Shown here one piece after another: positions 28,573 through 38,422 of a stretch of 64,000 bases of DNA (positions within the stretch are counted from its first letter, which is position 1; each line of letters opens with the position of its first letter). The stretch comes from Candidatus Zambryskibacteria bacterium RIFCSPLOWO2_01_FULL_39_39 (lineage in GTDB: Bacteria; Patescibacteriota; Minisyncoccia; Phycocordibacterales; WO2-35-19), in assembly GCA_001823925.1 (NCBI GenBank), contig MHWB01000009.1, positions 25,086 to 89,085 on the forward strand, given 5' to 3'. The position numbers were made by a program, and so were the translations under genes. Under the pieces are notes generated by a model, which saw only the letters and a list, made by a program, of their open reading frames with translations, was not told the origin of the DNA and did not search any database.

Positions 28573-30006
28573 CTAGTTATTAATGGTTGTTTGGACATAG
28601 ATTTTTGAAGGGTTTTTGGGAAAAGACTGTTTCCAGACAGGTCTTACTGTGGCGGTTATGCTTAAAATCCCAGCAAATTCATCCATAAGCTTCCGCGCAT
28701 CCCCTTTTGGAGCACCTAGAAGTCTTTGGCTTATAATGTTTGTGTCTATGTCTGCCACTATGGTAGCTTGGCCCCCTATTTGCAGGTTTATTTTGTCGCT
28801 TGTCTCAAAATCACCGGGCGTGTTCATAATTTTCAAAAGAGAAAAATCGTTTATAATGGGTTTGATATTACTCCAATCGGTAGAATTTGAGATGTATTCG
28901 TTTATTATTTTTTTAGATAAATCTTGCTTATTGAGCATTATGGCGTAGGCCGTTACCTCTTTCCCTATAAGTACAGATGAGGTTTCTTCTTTTTGAGATA
29001 ATTCTCTGGATTTATATATTATAGAATCTGAAAGTAGGGTAAGTCCGTCAGGTATTTTTGTTTCCAAACTTTTTTTAAGATTAATTTTCGCCTCTGTATC
29101 AATATTTTGGAGGGCGGTTTGTTTGTCTGCGGGAGCCACCGTCTTTCTCTTACCTATAAAACCATTTGTTATATCTGTAGAAGACCTAGCATAAAAGTTT
29201 TTGAAACGAGCGGCATCATTTTTAAATCCAGGAATGGTGAAATCAGATTTTTTGATGTTATATTTTTCTCCGGCTTCATCGGCAAAAATCTCTACTTCTA
29301 CACTACCTGGAGTCCCTACCCCACCTTTAACTATTTTACCGGGGACGATAACTGATTCTGGTATTCTATAAATAAGGCCCTCGGGGTTTTCAAATCTAGT
29401 GCGAACAATGAGTCTTTGTGGTTCAGAAGAGAAATTGTTATAGATAACAATTTTCCCAGATGCCTTTAACTCAACAGCTTCCTCGCCCGTCGCTTCAACG
29501 GAGACTGTCTTTAATTCTGACAGTTTGATGACTTCAAATCTGACATCGCTTTCCATTACTTCATTTTTTGCGCCGACTATTTTTGTATCCACTGCTACTC
29601 GCTCTGTCTTAGGATTGATAGATATAGTAGCTGAAGCAAAGACGGTCATCATGCTTACAACAAAAACAGCAATCAAAATAACAATGATTGTTCCAAAAAC
29701 AAAAGTTTTTCTTTTTGATTTGCGGAAAAGACCATCTTGTTGTTTTGACTCACTCTTGTCTTTGGGATAATAGTATTCGTAGGCATCATTATTTTTTATG
29801 TCTCTTGTTTCAGATATTTTGGAACTTAAATTTGAGACTGGAGCTTCTTCTGGCGCAACAAAAGGAGTGGGTTCCGTCTTTTGAACAGAATCTTTTATGG
29901 TTATAGGAATGGTTGATACTTTCCTTTTGCCACCGTTCGGAATCGGGATATTGCGGATGCTTCTCCTCTCTGGAGGAGTGACGTCACTAAATTGAATTCT
30001 TGGCAT
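28573..30006 (-). CDS. Membrane-anchored protein with baseplate-J-like beta domain
   Basis: TM at about aa 100-125; KASGKIVIYN, ADEAGEKYNI, FTIPGF. Confidence 0.65.
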   Translation of the reverse strand: MPRIQFSDVTPPERRSIRNIPIPNGGKRKVSTIPITIKDSVQKTEPTPFVAPEEAPVSNLSSKISETRDIKNNDAYEYYYPKDKSESKQQDGLFRKSKRKTFVFGTIIVILIAVFVVSMMTVFASATISINPKTERVAVDTKIVGAKNEVMESDVRFEVIKLSELKTVSVEATGEEAVELKASGKIVIYNNFSSEPQRLIVRTRFENPEGLIYRIPESVIVPGKIVKGGVGTPGSVEVEIFADEAGEKYNIKKSDFTIPGFKNDAARFKNFYARSSTDITNGFIGKRKTVAPADKQTALQNIDTEAKINLKKSLETKIPDGLTLLSDSIIYKSRELSQKEETSSVLIGKEVTAYAIMLNKQDLSKKIINEYISNSTDWSNIKPIINDFSLLKIMNTPGDFETSDKINLQIGGQATIVADIDTNIISQRLLGAPKGDARKLMDEFAGILSITATVRPVWKQSFPKNPSKIYVQTTINN

Positions 30007-30063
30007 GATTTGTATTATAAACCTTTATTTTGATTTATGTGCAACAAAGTTGTGGAAAAACTT

Positions 30064-30142
30064 AATAAAAAACAAAAACTACTATTCCTGCGTTAGGTCA
30101 TCAAGGATAAGGCTCTTGGAACAGTAGTTTTTGTTTTTTATT
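30064..30142 (-). terminator. 25-bp inverted repeat with 29-nt loop after alaS
   Basis: Arms 30064-88 and 30118-42 match at 24/25; the mismatch is G-U on the minus strand. Confidence 0.6.
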
Positions 30143-31979
30143 CTAGTATTGCTTTAATACGGCGGATGCCGGCAGAGACAGCCTCTTCTTTAACAATTTT
30201 AAAAGTCCCAAGTTCTGAAGTATTTTGTATGTGTGGACCTCCACAAAATTCTTTTGAGTAAGCTTCTTCTAAGGATGGACCTATAAAATAAACAGAAACT
30301 TCATCTCCATATTTATCTCCAAAAGCATGGACCGCGCCGGTTTTTTCGGCATCAATCTTTTTCATTATGACTTTATTTACTGGTAGATTTTCAGCAATTT
30401 TTTGGTTTACGAGATCTTCCACTTTTTGTTTTTCTTCAGCGGTTAGTTTGCTGTCGTGATTAAAATCAAACCTGAGGCGTTCAGCCGTGATATTGCTTCC
30501 TCTTTGCATAACCTTTTCTCCTAAAACATTCTCCAATGCTTGGCGTAAAAGGTGTGTGGCGGTGTGAAGTTTTTTGGTCTCTTCTCCTGCGTCCGAAAGT
30601 CCACCCTTAAACATGCCAGCAGAAGAAGTGCGCGAGAGCTCTTGGTGTTTTTTTAATTCCTCATCATATTCTTGATTAAACTGATCACTTATTTTTAGAT
30701 GTGTTTTAAAATATTCTTCACTATTCTGTTTTTCTTTCAAAATATCAAGGAATACTTCCTTTGGAAGACCAAAAGATGAGAAAAACCAAAAAGCATTCAA
30801 TCCGGATATTATACGGGTGTAGGCATCTCTTATAGAATATCTTTTTTCAAATTCTTTAAGCCCATTCTCCAAAGTCTTTTCAAATTTTTCTTCTTCCTGA
30901 GACAAATTAGCAAAAATAAAATCTTTATTTTTAGAGAGTTCCGAATAAACATCTTTGTATATTCCTATTACTACTTCTGCTATTTCTTTGGTGAAAGATT
31001 TTAGACCAATTTGTTTGCCGTATCTGACAGCTCGTCTGATAAGTCTACGCAAAACATATCCCTGACCCGTATTAGAAGGAGTGATTCCCTTCTCATCTCC
31101 CAAGATGAATGTAGCTGCTTTCAGATGATCAGCAATTATACGCATCGCTTTAATATTTTCACCTTCATATTTTTTATCAGAAAGTTTTTCCATTTTTTCT
31201 ATAATTGGCCAAAATAAATCAGTTTTATAATTATCGTCTAAACCGTTCATAACCGTAAGTGTCCGCTCTAGTCCCATACCCGTATCAACATTTTGCTGTG
31301 TTAATAGTGCAAATTTTCCTTCTGTAGTTTTGTTGTATTGCATAAAAACATCATTCCATATTTCAAGCCATTTTGAGTTGTCGTCATTAAAGCTCTCGGG
31401 CACCTCTTCGCCCGCTTGCCCTGAGCTTGTCGAATGTGTCCAGTAAAACATTTCAGTGTCTCCACCGCAGGGGCCCGTCTCTCCGGCTGGCCCCCACCAA
31501 TTATTCTTCTTTGGCAATTTGGCAATTCTTTTTTCGGGAATACTTAAACTTTTCCAAGTCTCGTATGCCTCATTATCAAAAGGTGCGTCACTGTCCCCCG
31601 CAAAGACAGAAACGGCCAATCTATCCTTATCTAGTCCCAACCATTTTTGATCAGTTAAAAATTCATAGCTCCACTCTATTGCTTCTTTTTTAAAATAATC
31701 GCCGAGTGACCAGTTGCCGAGCATTTCAAAAAAAGTGTGATGAAAGCTATCACCAACTTCTTCAATGTCCCCTGTCCTAATGCATTTTTGAACATCTACA
31801 AGTCGTACTCCTAGCGGATGTTTTTCACCTAAGAGATATGGTACCAAGGGGTGCATGCCGGCAGTCGTAAAAAGTACCGTTGGATCATTTTCGGGCACAA
31901 GCGAAGCGCTCGGGATAATCTTATGTCCCTTCCCTTCAAAAAATTCCAAATATTTTTTTCTAATTTCTTCCGAGGTCAT
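30138..31979 (-). CDS. alaS: Alanyl-tRNA synthetase lacking C-Ala domain
   Basis: FTTAGM, HHTFFEMLGNWS, DTGMGLER, HTATH, EFCGGPH. Confidence 0.97.
   Translation of the reverse strand: MTSEEIRKKYLEFFEGKGHKIIPSASLVPENDPTVLFTTAGMHPLVPYLLGEKHPLGVRLVDVQKCIRTGDIEEVGDSFHHTFFEMLGNWSLGDYFKKEAIEWSYEFLTDQKWLGLDKDRLAVSVFAGDSDAPFDNEAYETWKSLSIPEKRIAKLPKKNNWWGPAGETGPCGGDTEMFYWTHSTSSGQAGEEVPESFNDDNSKWLEIWNDVFMQYNKTTEGKFALLTQQNVDTGMGLERTLTVMNGLDDNYKTDLFWPIIEKMEKLSDKKYEGENIKAMRIIADHLKAATFILGDEKGITPSNTGQGYVLRRLIRRAVRYGKQIGLKSFTKEIAEVVIGIYKDVYSELSKNKDFIFANLSQEEEKFEKTLENGLKEFEKRYSIRDAYTRIISGLNAFWFFSSFGLPKEVFLDILKEKQNSEEYFKTHLKISDQFNQEYDEELKKHQELSRTSSAGMFKGGLSDAGEETKKLHTATHLLRQALENVLGEKVMQRGSNITAERLRFDFNHDSKLTAEEKQKVEDLVNQKIAENLPVNKVIMKKIDAEKTGAVHAFGDKYGDEVSVYFIGPSLEEAYSKEFCGGPHIQNTSELGTFKIVKEEAVSAGIRRIKAILE
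31414..31436 (+). repeat. Repeat family A, in frame in alaS
   Basis: gcttgccctgagcttgtcgaatg, read as HSTSSGQA. Confidence 0.75.
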
Positions 31980-31994
31980 ATTTTAAATTATTGT

Positions 31995-32444
31995 TTAGGT
32001 TCTTTTGATATAAAATTTGTTTTGTAAGTAATTTTCAATAACTTCAAAACTAGGAAAATATCGCGGAGATGGTAATTTTTTTAAATCAAACCACTGCCAC
32101 TCAACAATTTCATCTGGCTCCATTACTTTTGCTTCTCCATGCCACTTTTCCGTGACAAGTCCAACTGTCATAAAATGAGCGTGCTCATTTTTACAGTTAT
32201 GGACAGAGATAACTTTGGGATCTTGTATAGTAATCCCTGTTTCTTCTTTCGTTTCTCTTATAGCGCCCTCTTCAAATGATTCTCCCCATTCGAGTTTTCC
32301 GCCCGGCAGGCACCACTCCCCACTACTACGGAAAGCCGAATCTGCTTTGTCTGGATCAGGATGCCGCATTCCTAAGAGGATTTTCCCCTCTTTTTTTAAG
32401 ATAATTCCAAACCCTGCACCTACCCTCTTTTTTTCTTCTGTCAT
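31995..32444 (-). CDS. NUDIX hydrolase
   Basis: GGKLEWGESFEEGAIRETKEETG Nudix box. Confidence 0.92.
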   Translation of the reverse strand: MTEEKKRVGAGFGIILKKEGKILLGMRHPDPDKADSAFRSSGEWCLPGGKLEWGESFEEGAIRETKEETGITIQDPKVISVHNCKNEHAHFMTVGLVTEKWHGEAKVMEPDEIVEWQWFDLKKLPSPRYFPSFEVIENYLQNKFYIKRT

Positions 32445-32479
32445 AATTGTTAATTAAAAATAATTTAATATTTTCATAT

Positions 32480-33106
32480 TTATTTTTTACCTCTATTTAC
32501 CCACCAATCACTCTTTTGTCTTTCATTATCAAACCACCAGTCGTTAGAATCTGTTTCCATAATTTCTTTTGCAAGAGAAATTGCAAAAGGAGTTTTTAGT
32601 CGTTTTACTGCCGAACTTATCCACTTTAGAGCTCGTGTATTACCCGTATCAACTTCTTCTTTAAGTGCCAAGATCCATTCTAAATTATCCGCATCTTTTA
32701 CTAACACTGACTCTCTGCTCTGCCTTTCCTCGTACTCTTTTATTGTATCAAATACTTTTGCACCAAATGGTATTGAGTCTGCAATGTCCTTGTGCGCTTC
32801 TTCTTCCTTCCTATCAACATATTTCTGGTGTACATAATTTAAATCAGATATTCTAGTTTCGGAAATATCATGAAAAAGACACATCTGCAAAACTTTTGAT
32901 ATATCAACTTTGCCATCCATCTCTGCGAGCATATATCCTATAAAGCAAACTCTGTTTATGTGTTCTGCGACTGTCTGGTTGCCAGTACCTAAAAAGTGAA
33001 ATCCGCTCCTTGGGGTTCTTGCAAGGATCCCTACCTCAAAAAGAAAGTTAGTTATTTTTTTATTGTCACTTTCTTTTTCGGACACCTTTTTAGCACTCTT
33101 TTTCAT
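32480..33106 (-). CDS. HD-domain protein (YfbR-like 5'-deoxynucleotidase)
   Basis: PRSG, VAEH, FHDISE, KDADNLE. Confidence 0.85.
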   Translation of the reverse strand: MKKSAKKVSEKESDNKKITNFLFEVGILARTPRSGFHFLGTGNQTVAEHINRVCFIGYMLAEMDGKVDISKVLQMCLFHDISETRISDLNYVHQKYVDRKEEEAHKDIADSIPFGAKVFDTIKEYEERQSRESVLVKDADNLEWILALKEEVDTGNTRALKWISSAVKRLKTPFAISLAKEIMETDSNDWWFDNERQKSDWWVNRGKK

Positions 33107-33200
33107 ATCGCCATTTTACAACAAAAAGATGATATTTCCAATTTGATTTTAAGCAAATTTACAGGTATATTTGTGGGACTATTATTTTTAATTTCCAAAA

Positions 33201-34469
33201 ATGAATTATAAAAAGAAAGTATTAAAAAATGGTTTAAGGGTGATAGCGGTACCAATGAAAGCCTCTCCTTCGGTTACAGTGATGTCTTTGATTGAAGCTG
33301 GCTCAAAATATGAAAACAAGCAGAACAACGGTATCTCACACTTCTTGGAGCATATGTGTTTTAAGGGTACGGAGAAAAGGCTAAAAGCTATAGATATATC
33401 CAGAGAGTTTGATGCAATGGGTGCTCAAAATAATGCTTTTACTTCACAAGAAGTGACCGGCTATTGGGCCAAAGCTTCCAATAAACATACCGACCAAATT
33501 TTAGATATTATTTCTGATATGTACCTTCGTCCGACTTTCCCAGTCGCTGATTTGGAAACTGAAAAAGGGGTGATAGTAGAAGAAATAAATATGTATGAAG
33601 ATTTACCAAACAGACTAGTGCACGAGGTTTTTGATGAACTTCTGTATGGTGATCAACCTGCCGGTTGGTCTGTGGCTGGCACCAGAGAAAATGTCCGAGG
33701 GTTTGAGCGGGATGATTTTGTAAATTATAGAAAAAATCATTATGTGGCAAGCGCCACTACTGTAGTAGTAGCTGGAGATATTGATCCTGCTCTTATTTTT
33801 AAAAAAGTAAGCAAAGCTTTTGATGGTATGCCGGTAACCAAAAAAGTCGGTAAGAAAAAAGTCGTAGAAAAACAAAATGGGCCAATGGTTAAGTTGAGAT
33901 TTAAAGAAACAGACCAAACTCATCTGGTAATTGGCTTCAGGGCATATGACTTGTATGACAAAAAAACTCAAGCCTTGAGGATCCTTTCGGTAGTGCTTGG
34001 TAATGGTATGAGTTCTCGCCTTTTCCAGAAAATGAGAGAAGAACTTGGTATCTGTTATTACGTTAGGTCAGCCGTTGATGGGCTAACAGATCATGGGACC
34101 TTTCTGATCTCGGCAGGAGTTGATTCGAGCAGAGTGGAAGAGGGTGTCAAGGGAATTTTGGATGAGGTCAAAAAAATAAAGAGTGAAAAAGTGCCAGAGT
34201 CAGAGCTTCGCAAAGCCAAAGACTATCTTATTGGCAATATGTATTTGGGGCTGGAGTCCTCTGATGCCCAAGCAAACTTTTTTGGTTCTCAAGAAATAAT
34301 GAAAGAGAAAATAAAGACACCAAAAGAAGTAGAAAAAGAAATACAAAAAATAACCGCAAAAGATATTTCCAAAGTAGCCAAAGAGATAATCACAAACGAC
34401 AGACTCAATATGGCCATCGTCGGTAAATACAAAGACGAATCTCGCTTCAAAAAAATTTTGAAGATTTAA
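33201..34469 (+). CDS. M16 family zinc peptidase
   Basis: HFLEH inverted Zn motif, NAFTS, SSRLFQKMREELG. Confidence 0.93.
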   Translation: MNYKKKVLKNGLRVIAVPMKASPSVTVMSLIEAGSKYENKQNNGISHFLEHMCFKGTEKRLKAIDISREFDAMGAQNNAFTSQEVTGYWAKASNKHTDQILDIISDMYLRPTFPVADLETEKGVIVEEINMYEDLPNRLVHEVFDELLYGDQPAGWSVAGTRENVRGFERDDFVNYRKNHYVASATTVVVAGDIDPALIFKKVSKAFDGMPVTKKVGKKKVVEKQNGPMVKLRFKETDQTHLVIGFRAYDLYDKKTQALRILSVVLGNGMSSRLFQKMREELGICYYVRSAVDGLTDHGTFLISAGVDSSRVEEGVKGILDEVKKIKSEKVPESELRKAKDYLIGNMYLGLESSDAQANFFGSQEIMKEKIKTPKEVEKEIQKITAKDISKVAKEIITNDRLNMAIVGKYKDESRFKKILKI

Positions 34470-34471
34470 TT

Positions 34472-35101
34472 TTACAAATCTTTCAAAACCTCAAAATCTT
34501 TTTTAAGTTGGTCTAAAGTGTGTGCGTTGTAGACTGCTACAGCGGGATGGTAGAGTGGGACTATTTTTACTTCATGATTTTTCCATCCCCACTTCGCTAA
34601 AGCTTCGCGGGGCACAGCAAAAATTTTGCCATGGTTTTTACTTATAGGTTCCAATTCAAACTCTAAACCCAACTTTGGCATAACATAGTACATAGAATAT
34701 CTACCAAGAGTTGCAATAACTTTTGGCTGTATTATTTCTATCTGTCTGTCTAGAAATGGTCCATAAATTTCTATTTCTTCTGGCAGAGGGTCGCGGTTCT
34801 GTGGGGGGCGATCTTTTACAATATTTGTCACATACACTTCCTCCCTCTTTATTCCCACAGATTCTAAAAGTTCGTTTAAAATATCTCCTGCTCTACCACA
34901 AAAAGGCCGGCCAGTCTTTGCCTCGTTTCTCCCCGGAGCTTCACCTATAAACATTATTTTTGCAAAATGACTCCCCTCGCCTATTACCGGCAGATTTTTA
35001 TTCTCAATTCTAAATTTATAAAGTGGCGACTTTTTAAGCGCTATCACTTCATCTCGTATTTTCCGCATAAGCTCTTTTCTTTCCTCTACTGTTTGAATCA
35101 T
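34472..35101 (-). CDS. Uracil-DNA glycosylase family 4
   Basis: IGEAPG, GRPFCGRAG, RPPQNRDP, YHPA. Confidence 0.92.
   Translation of the reverse strand: MIQTVEERKELMRKIRDEVIALKKSPLYKFRIENKNLPVIGEGSHFAKIMFIGEAPGRNEAKTGRPFCGRAGDILNELLESVGIKREEVYVTNIVKDRPPQNRDPLPEEIEIYGPFLDRQIEIIQPKVIATLGRYSMYYVMPKLGLEFELEPISKNHGKIFAVPREALAKWGWKNHEVKIVPLYHPAVAVYNAHTLDQLKKDFEVLKDL
34587..34615 (-). repeat. Repeat family B, in frame in UDG
   Basis: Reverse complement gtgccccgcgaagctttagcgaagtgggg, read as VPREALAKWG. Confidence 0.7.
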
Positions 35102-35185
35102 ACGTTAATTCTACTCTCTGCTAGATTATATTTCAAAATTTGATTTTTTAGTCCAAATGTAGTAAAAAGATGAAGGAGGTATCAG

Positions 35186-35624
35186 ATGATGCAATTTCAT
35201 TGGCGACGATGGCGACCGGACGAAAATCACGAATGCCATGCGCCAGACAAGGTCCCTTGTGGACGCCATCAATGTGGCCTTACGGGATGTACGTGGTTCC
35301 GGACGATTAGGAGACCCGCCAAATGCCGAAACGCTCTTCTGGAATTTGATGCAAGCGTGGCACAACTCATTCCCGGGTAAATGTGTCCTCATAACACTTA
35401 CCCAAGAGAAAGACCACGATACGCAACAGCTTCGCGCTTGGTTCGGCGAACCAGCGAGCTTTCGATCCGGTTATGTTGATTCGATGGGTGAACATCTCAT
35501 CGCTCACGCTTCCGGACCATTAGCTGAGCTCAAAGAACTTATCCCGGTACTTTTGCCGATCGGGAAGATGGGAGAATTTAAGCAAGAACTCCAGAAAAAT
35601 GTTATTGCATGGTGTAGGATCTAA
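35186..35624 (+). pseudogene. Hypothetical gene with apparent +1 frameshift near the start
   Basis: AAGGAGGT SD precedes ATG 35186, but the long protein-like frame (35199..35624) is +1; terminator at 35643-35675. Confidence 0.5.
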
Positions 35625-35766
35625 CAAGCAAGAGAACTATGAGGGCGGTCCGCCTAGCCAGCGACCGCCTTTTTATATCAATAAAAAATAAACGAAAATT
35701 GCCTAAAAGTACCCATTTTACTAAAAATGATTTTTATTTTCACTAGAATTATGATAACATTTAAGT

Positions 35767-36006
35767 ATGACAAACAAACTAAAAAACAAACCTTTTTTCA
35801 TAATTGAATTTGAACGCGAAGAAGATAAAAGGTGGATAGCCGAGATTCCAAAATTACCCGGGGTCATGGCTTATGGCACCACTAAATCCGAGGCGAAACA
35901 AAAAGTTTACGCTATGGCTCTCCGCACCCTAGCAGATAAAATAGAACAAGGACGAAAATTCATACCCGTGATCAAATTATTTACATATGATATGGCACGC
36001 AGTTAA
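35767..36006 (+). CDS. hicB: HicB-family antitoxin
   Basis: EREEDKRWIAEIPKLPGVMAYGTT. Confidence 0.88.
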   Translation: MTNKLKNKPFFIIEFEREEDKRWIAEIPKLPGVMAYGTTKSEAKQKVYAMALRTLADKIEQGRKFIPVIKLFTYDMARS

Positions 36007-36196
36007 AGCATCGCACCTTCTCCGCTCCTTACTGAATTTAGGTTGGTCTATCAAAAGACAGAAAGGATCACACCGGATTCTTTCAAAACCAAGTTACCCC
36101 GATTTTACTTTTGCTTTTCATGACAGAGAAGAGATCGGGCCAAAAATGTTGGCTCGAATATCAAAACATACAGACCTTTTACCTAAAGATTTGTAA
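35987..36196 (+). CDS. hicA: HicA-family toxin
   Basis: LGWSIKRQKGSHRIL..H..EIGPKML. Confidence 0.88.
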   Translation: MIWHAVKASHLLRSLLNLGWSIKRQKGSHRILSKPSYPDFTFAFHDREEIGPKMLARISKHTDLLPKDL

Positions 36197-36198
36197 AT

Positions 36199-36465
36199 CT
36201 ATTTTATAACACCTTCCTGCTTTAACTTCCTGACTTTCTCGGTTCTACCTCTGTTGTATCCGCCAACTTTGCCATTACTTCTAATCACTCGATGACACGG
36301 GATGTCGGGATTATAATTTGTATTTAAAATATTACCTACTGCTCGGAAAGCTTTAGGTGACCCAGCTCTCTTAGCAACTTCTTTGTAAGTAAGAGTTTTA
36401 CCTTTTGGAATTTTCCTCACCACCTCAAAAACCTTTTGTTTGAATGCCTTTTTGTCTGCTTTCAT
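36199..36465 (-). CDS. O6-methylguanine-DNA methyltransferase, single domain
   Basis: IPKG..TY, RAVG, PCHRV. Confidence 0.9.
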   Translation of the reverse strand: MKADKKAFKQKVFEVVRKIPKGKTLTYKEVAKRAGSPKAFRAVGNILNTNYNPDIPCHRVIRSNGKVGGYNRGRTEKVRKLKQEGVIK

Positions 36466-36528
36466 TTGAATAAAATTGTATCACGTTTATTAATATGTTA
36501 TCCTAATTTTAGAAGGGAGGCTCATGGT

Positions 36529-36816
36529 ATGGATAGTGTAACCAAATCTCCAGTGTTGGAATATAAGCTCTGTGTTAAAGAAGGCTTACCGGATTTTGAG
36601 GGGGAAAAATTTCGAATCTTTAAGGCTACTGATGACAAAGAGGCCATACTTTTCTCACAGAGCATTTTGAGTATAAACCAAGCTCTTACACCCCAAAACT
36701 TTTTAAAGGCTGGAGGAGTGGCTCTGTTTCGTGGAGATATCAAAATCTATCCTCCAGAGAACAAAACAACAGAAAAGAAAGTGGGAGGACTTCCTCTTCG
36801 TCCCCCAACCCATTGA
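36529..36816 (+). CDS. Hypothetical protein
   Basis: AGGGAGG SD before ATG 36529; hairpin after stop. Confidence 0.5.
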   Translation: MDSVTKSPVLEYKLCVKEGLPDFEGEKFRIFKATDDKEAILFSQSILSINQALTPQNFLKAGGVALFRGDIKIYPPENKTTEKKVGGLPLRPPTH

Positions 36817-36846
36817 TACTACCAGTGGGTTATTTTTATGATGATT

Positions 36847-37584
36847 TTATTTTATCGCGTTAGCAACTGAATTTATATAGGAACAATACGCACACTCTGG
36901 AGCAGATTTTGGTAGTTCTTCTGCGTCTAAACATTTTTTCATATCTAGAAGTGTTTTTTCTATCCATTTGCCAGAGCCAATATAAGGAATAATTTTGACA
37001 TCAAATTCTAGCCTGCCGTCAAAAAATTCTCTATCTCTTTTGCCGTTGGCATATACGAAATAACCAGTGTCAGAAACTTCTAGATCGTTGTGCCTCAGGA
37101 GCCACTGATAAACTTCCATTTGTCTTTTGTATCCATCTTGCCACTCGGCGTCCAAGTTTACCTCTGTTTCTTTGCTGGTGGCTTTGTAATCAACCACTAT
37201 AAGTTTCCCATCTTTATCTATCCAAATATCATCTACGGCGCCAAAAATTACAAAATTGGCTGGCTCAAAAAACGCTTCTACCCCGGTAAAATTTTCTCGC
37301 CATTTATCCATTCTAGCGTCTGCGAAAGGTATAGCATCTATGCCATAACTTTCCATCAAAGGGTGGGGTGTTTTTTGTTTACGATAAATATCAAATTCTT
37401 TTTTAAGTAAAGTGTCTACGGCGCTATTTAGATTAAAAGGGAAGCCTTGTGGGCGAGAGACTCCAAGCCTTCTGTCTAAATAGAAACACCTCGGGCACTC
37501 TACAAACAAGTCAATCTTTGACCTGCTTATTTTAAAAAACTCCTTCGATTTTGGGTCATAAAGTTTTTTTCTATACCAAGCCAT
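36847..37584 (-). CDS. PD-(D/E)XK RecB/Cas4-like nuclease
   Basis: ECPRCFY, GAVDD, VVDYK, QMEVY, C-terminal CAYC. Confidence 0.85.
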   Translation of the reverse strand: MAWYRKKLYDPKSKEFFKISRSKIDLFVECPRCFYLDRRLGVSRPQGFPFNLNSAVDTLLKKEFDIYRKQKTPHPLMESYGIDAIPFADARMDKWRENFTGVEAFFEPANFVIFGAVDDIWIDKDGKLIVVDYKATSKETEVNLDAEWQDGYKRQMEVYQWLLRHNDLEVSDTGYFVYANGKRDREFFDGRLEFDVKIIPYIGSGKWIEKTLLDMKKCLDAEELPKSAPECAYCSYINSVANAIK

Positions 37585-37585
37585 T

Positions 37586-38422
37586 CTATTTTTGTATTAG
37601 ATTAATTTCCTCAAGCATTTTGGTAATTTTTTCTTGTGAGAGACCGGCTTGGCGCAAGATGTCGGGATTGTCACGAGCCTGTTTGCAAAGGACTACACCA
37701 GCTTGCATCAGAAGCTTTTCGTCGCTTGGAGTGCTACTGTTTAAACAAGTGATTGGGTGAAGCCCCGTCTCTTCTATCAAATCTTGCAGATTGCCTTGCT
37801 CCGGATAATTCCAACCAACTAATTTCATATTTCTACATTTGGCGTACTTCACCGCAGATTCTGAAAATTTGGTATTAGTTACCAACCAACCTTCATTGAG
37901 TTTTCTTTCACCCCCAAAATCAAAGATTTCTTTCTCCAAATCTTCCCACCTGGCTTTGACATAAAGCGCCACTTTAAGATCGGATTTTATACCGAGTTCG
38001 TTATGAAATTTGGCCTCCATCATTATGAGTTTTTCTTTATTCCAAGCGACAATATCTACTTCGTGTTCAGCGCATTGTCCCTTAGCGATGAAATCAGTCT
38101 GGGTTTCAAATCCCTTGGCTCGGAAGATTTCGGCCACAAATTGTTCAAATGGGAAACCAGTCGGGCCGAGCTCCATCACCGCTCTCCTCAAAGAATATCT
38201 GGCTGCATATTTTTTACCACCATCTTCTCTGCCCAAAAGTTCAAAAGCGTGTCTGTAAATATCTTTGGTGGTGGCATTGTCTTTGAGCTCTTTTTTTATT
38301 TGCTCTACAATATTATCAATCGTCACTTGGTCTGCTCCCGCTCGCCTTAAAGAGTCTTCTAGTTTTTGCGGGTTAAACTCCTCTCTTTCCCCAGTCGCTT
38401 TTATTATGTATTTGTTATTCAT
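37586..38422 (-). CDS. ATP-cone plus Mrr-like restriction-endonuclease-fold protein
   Basis: IIKATGEREEFNPQKL ATP-cone; FEQFVA, EVDIVA, EAKFH, LVTNTKFS; start moved to ATG 38422. Confidence 0.85.
   Translation of the reverse strand: MNNKYIIKATGEREEFNPQKLEDSLRRAGADQVTIDNIVEQIKKELKDNATTKDIYRHAFELLGREDGGKKYAARYSLRRAVMELGPTGFPFEQFVAEIFRAKGFETQTDFIAKGQCAEHEVDIVAWNKEKLIMMEAKFHNELGIKSDLKVALYVKARWEDLEKEIFDFGGERKLNEGWLVTNTKFSESAVKYAKCRNMKLVGWNYPEQGNLQDLIEETGLHPITCLNSSTPSDEKLLMQAGVVLCKQARDNPDILRQAGLSQEKITKMLEEINLIQK

Noticed and set aside
28573-30006. Prophage or contractile system from the baseplate-J-like gene
   Set aside because: Single membrane-anchored gene among housekeeping genes; no other structural phage genes
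36847-37584. cas4 of a CRISPR system
   Set aside because: Solo PD-(D/E)XK nuclease with no cas neighbours or array
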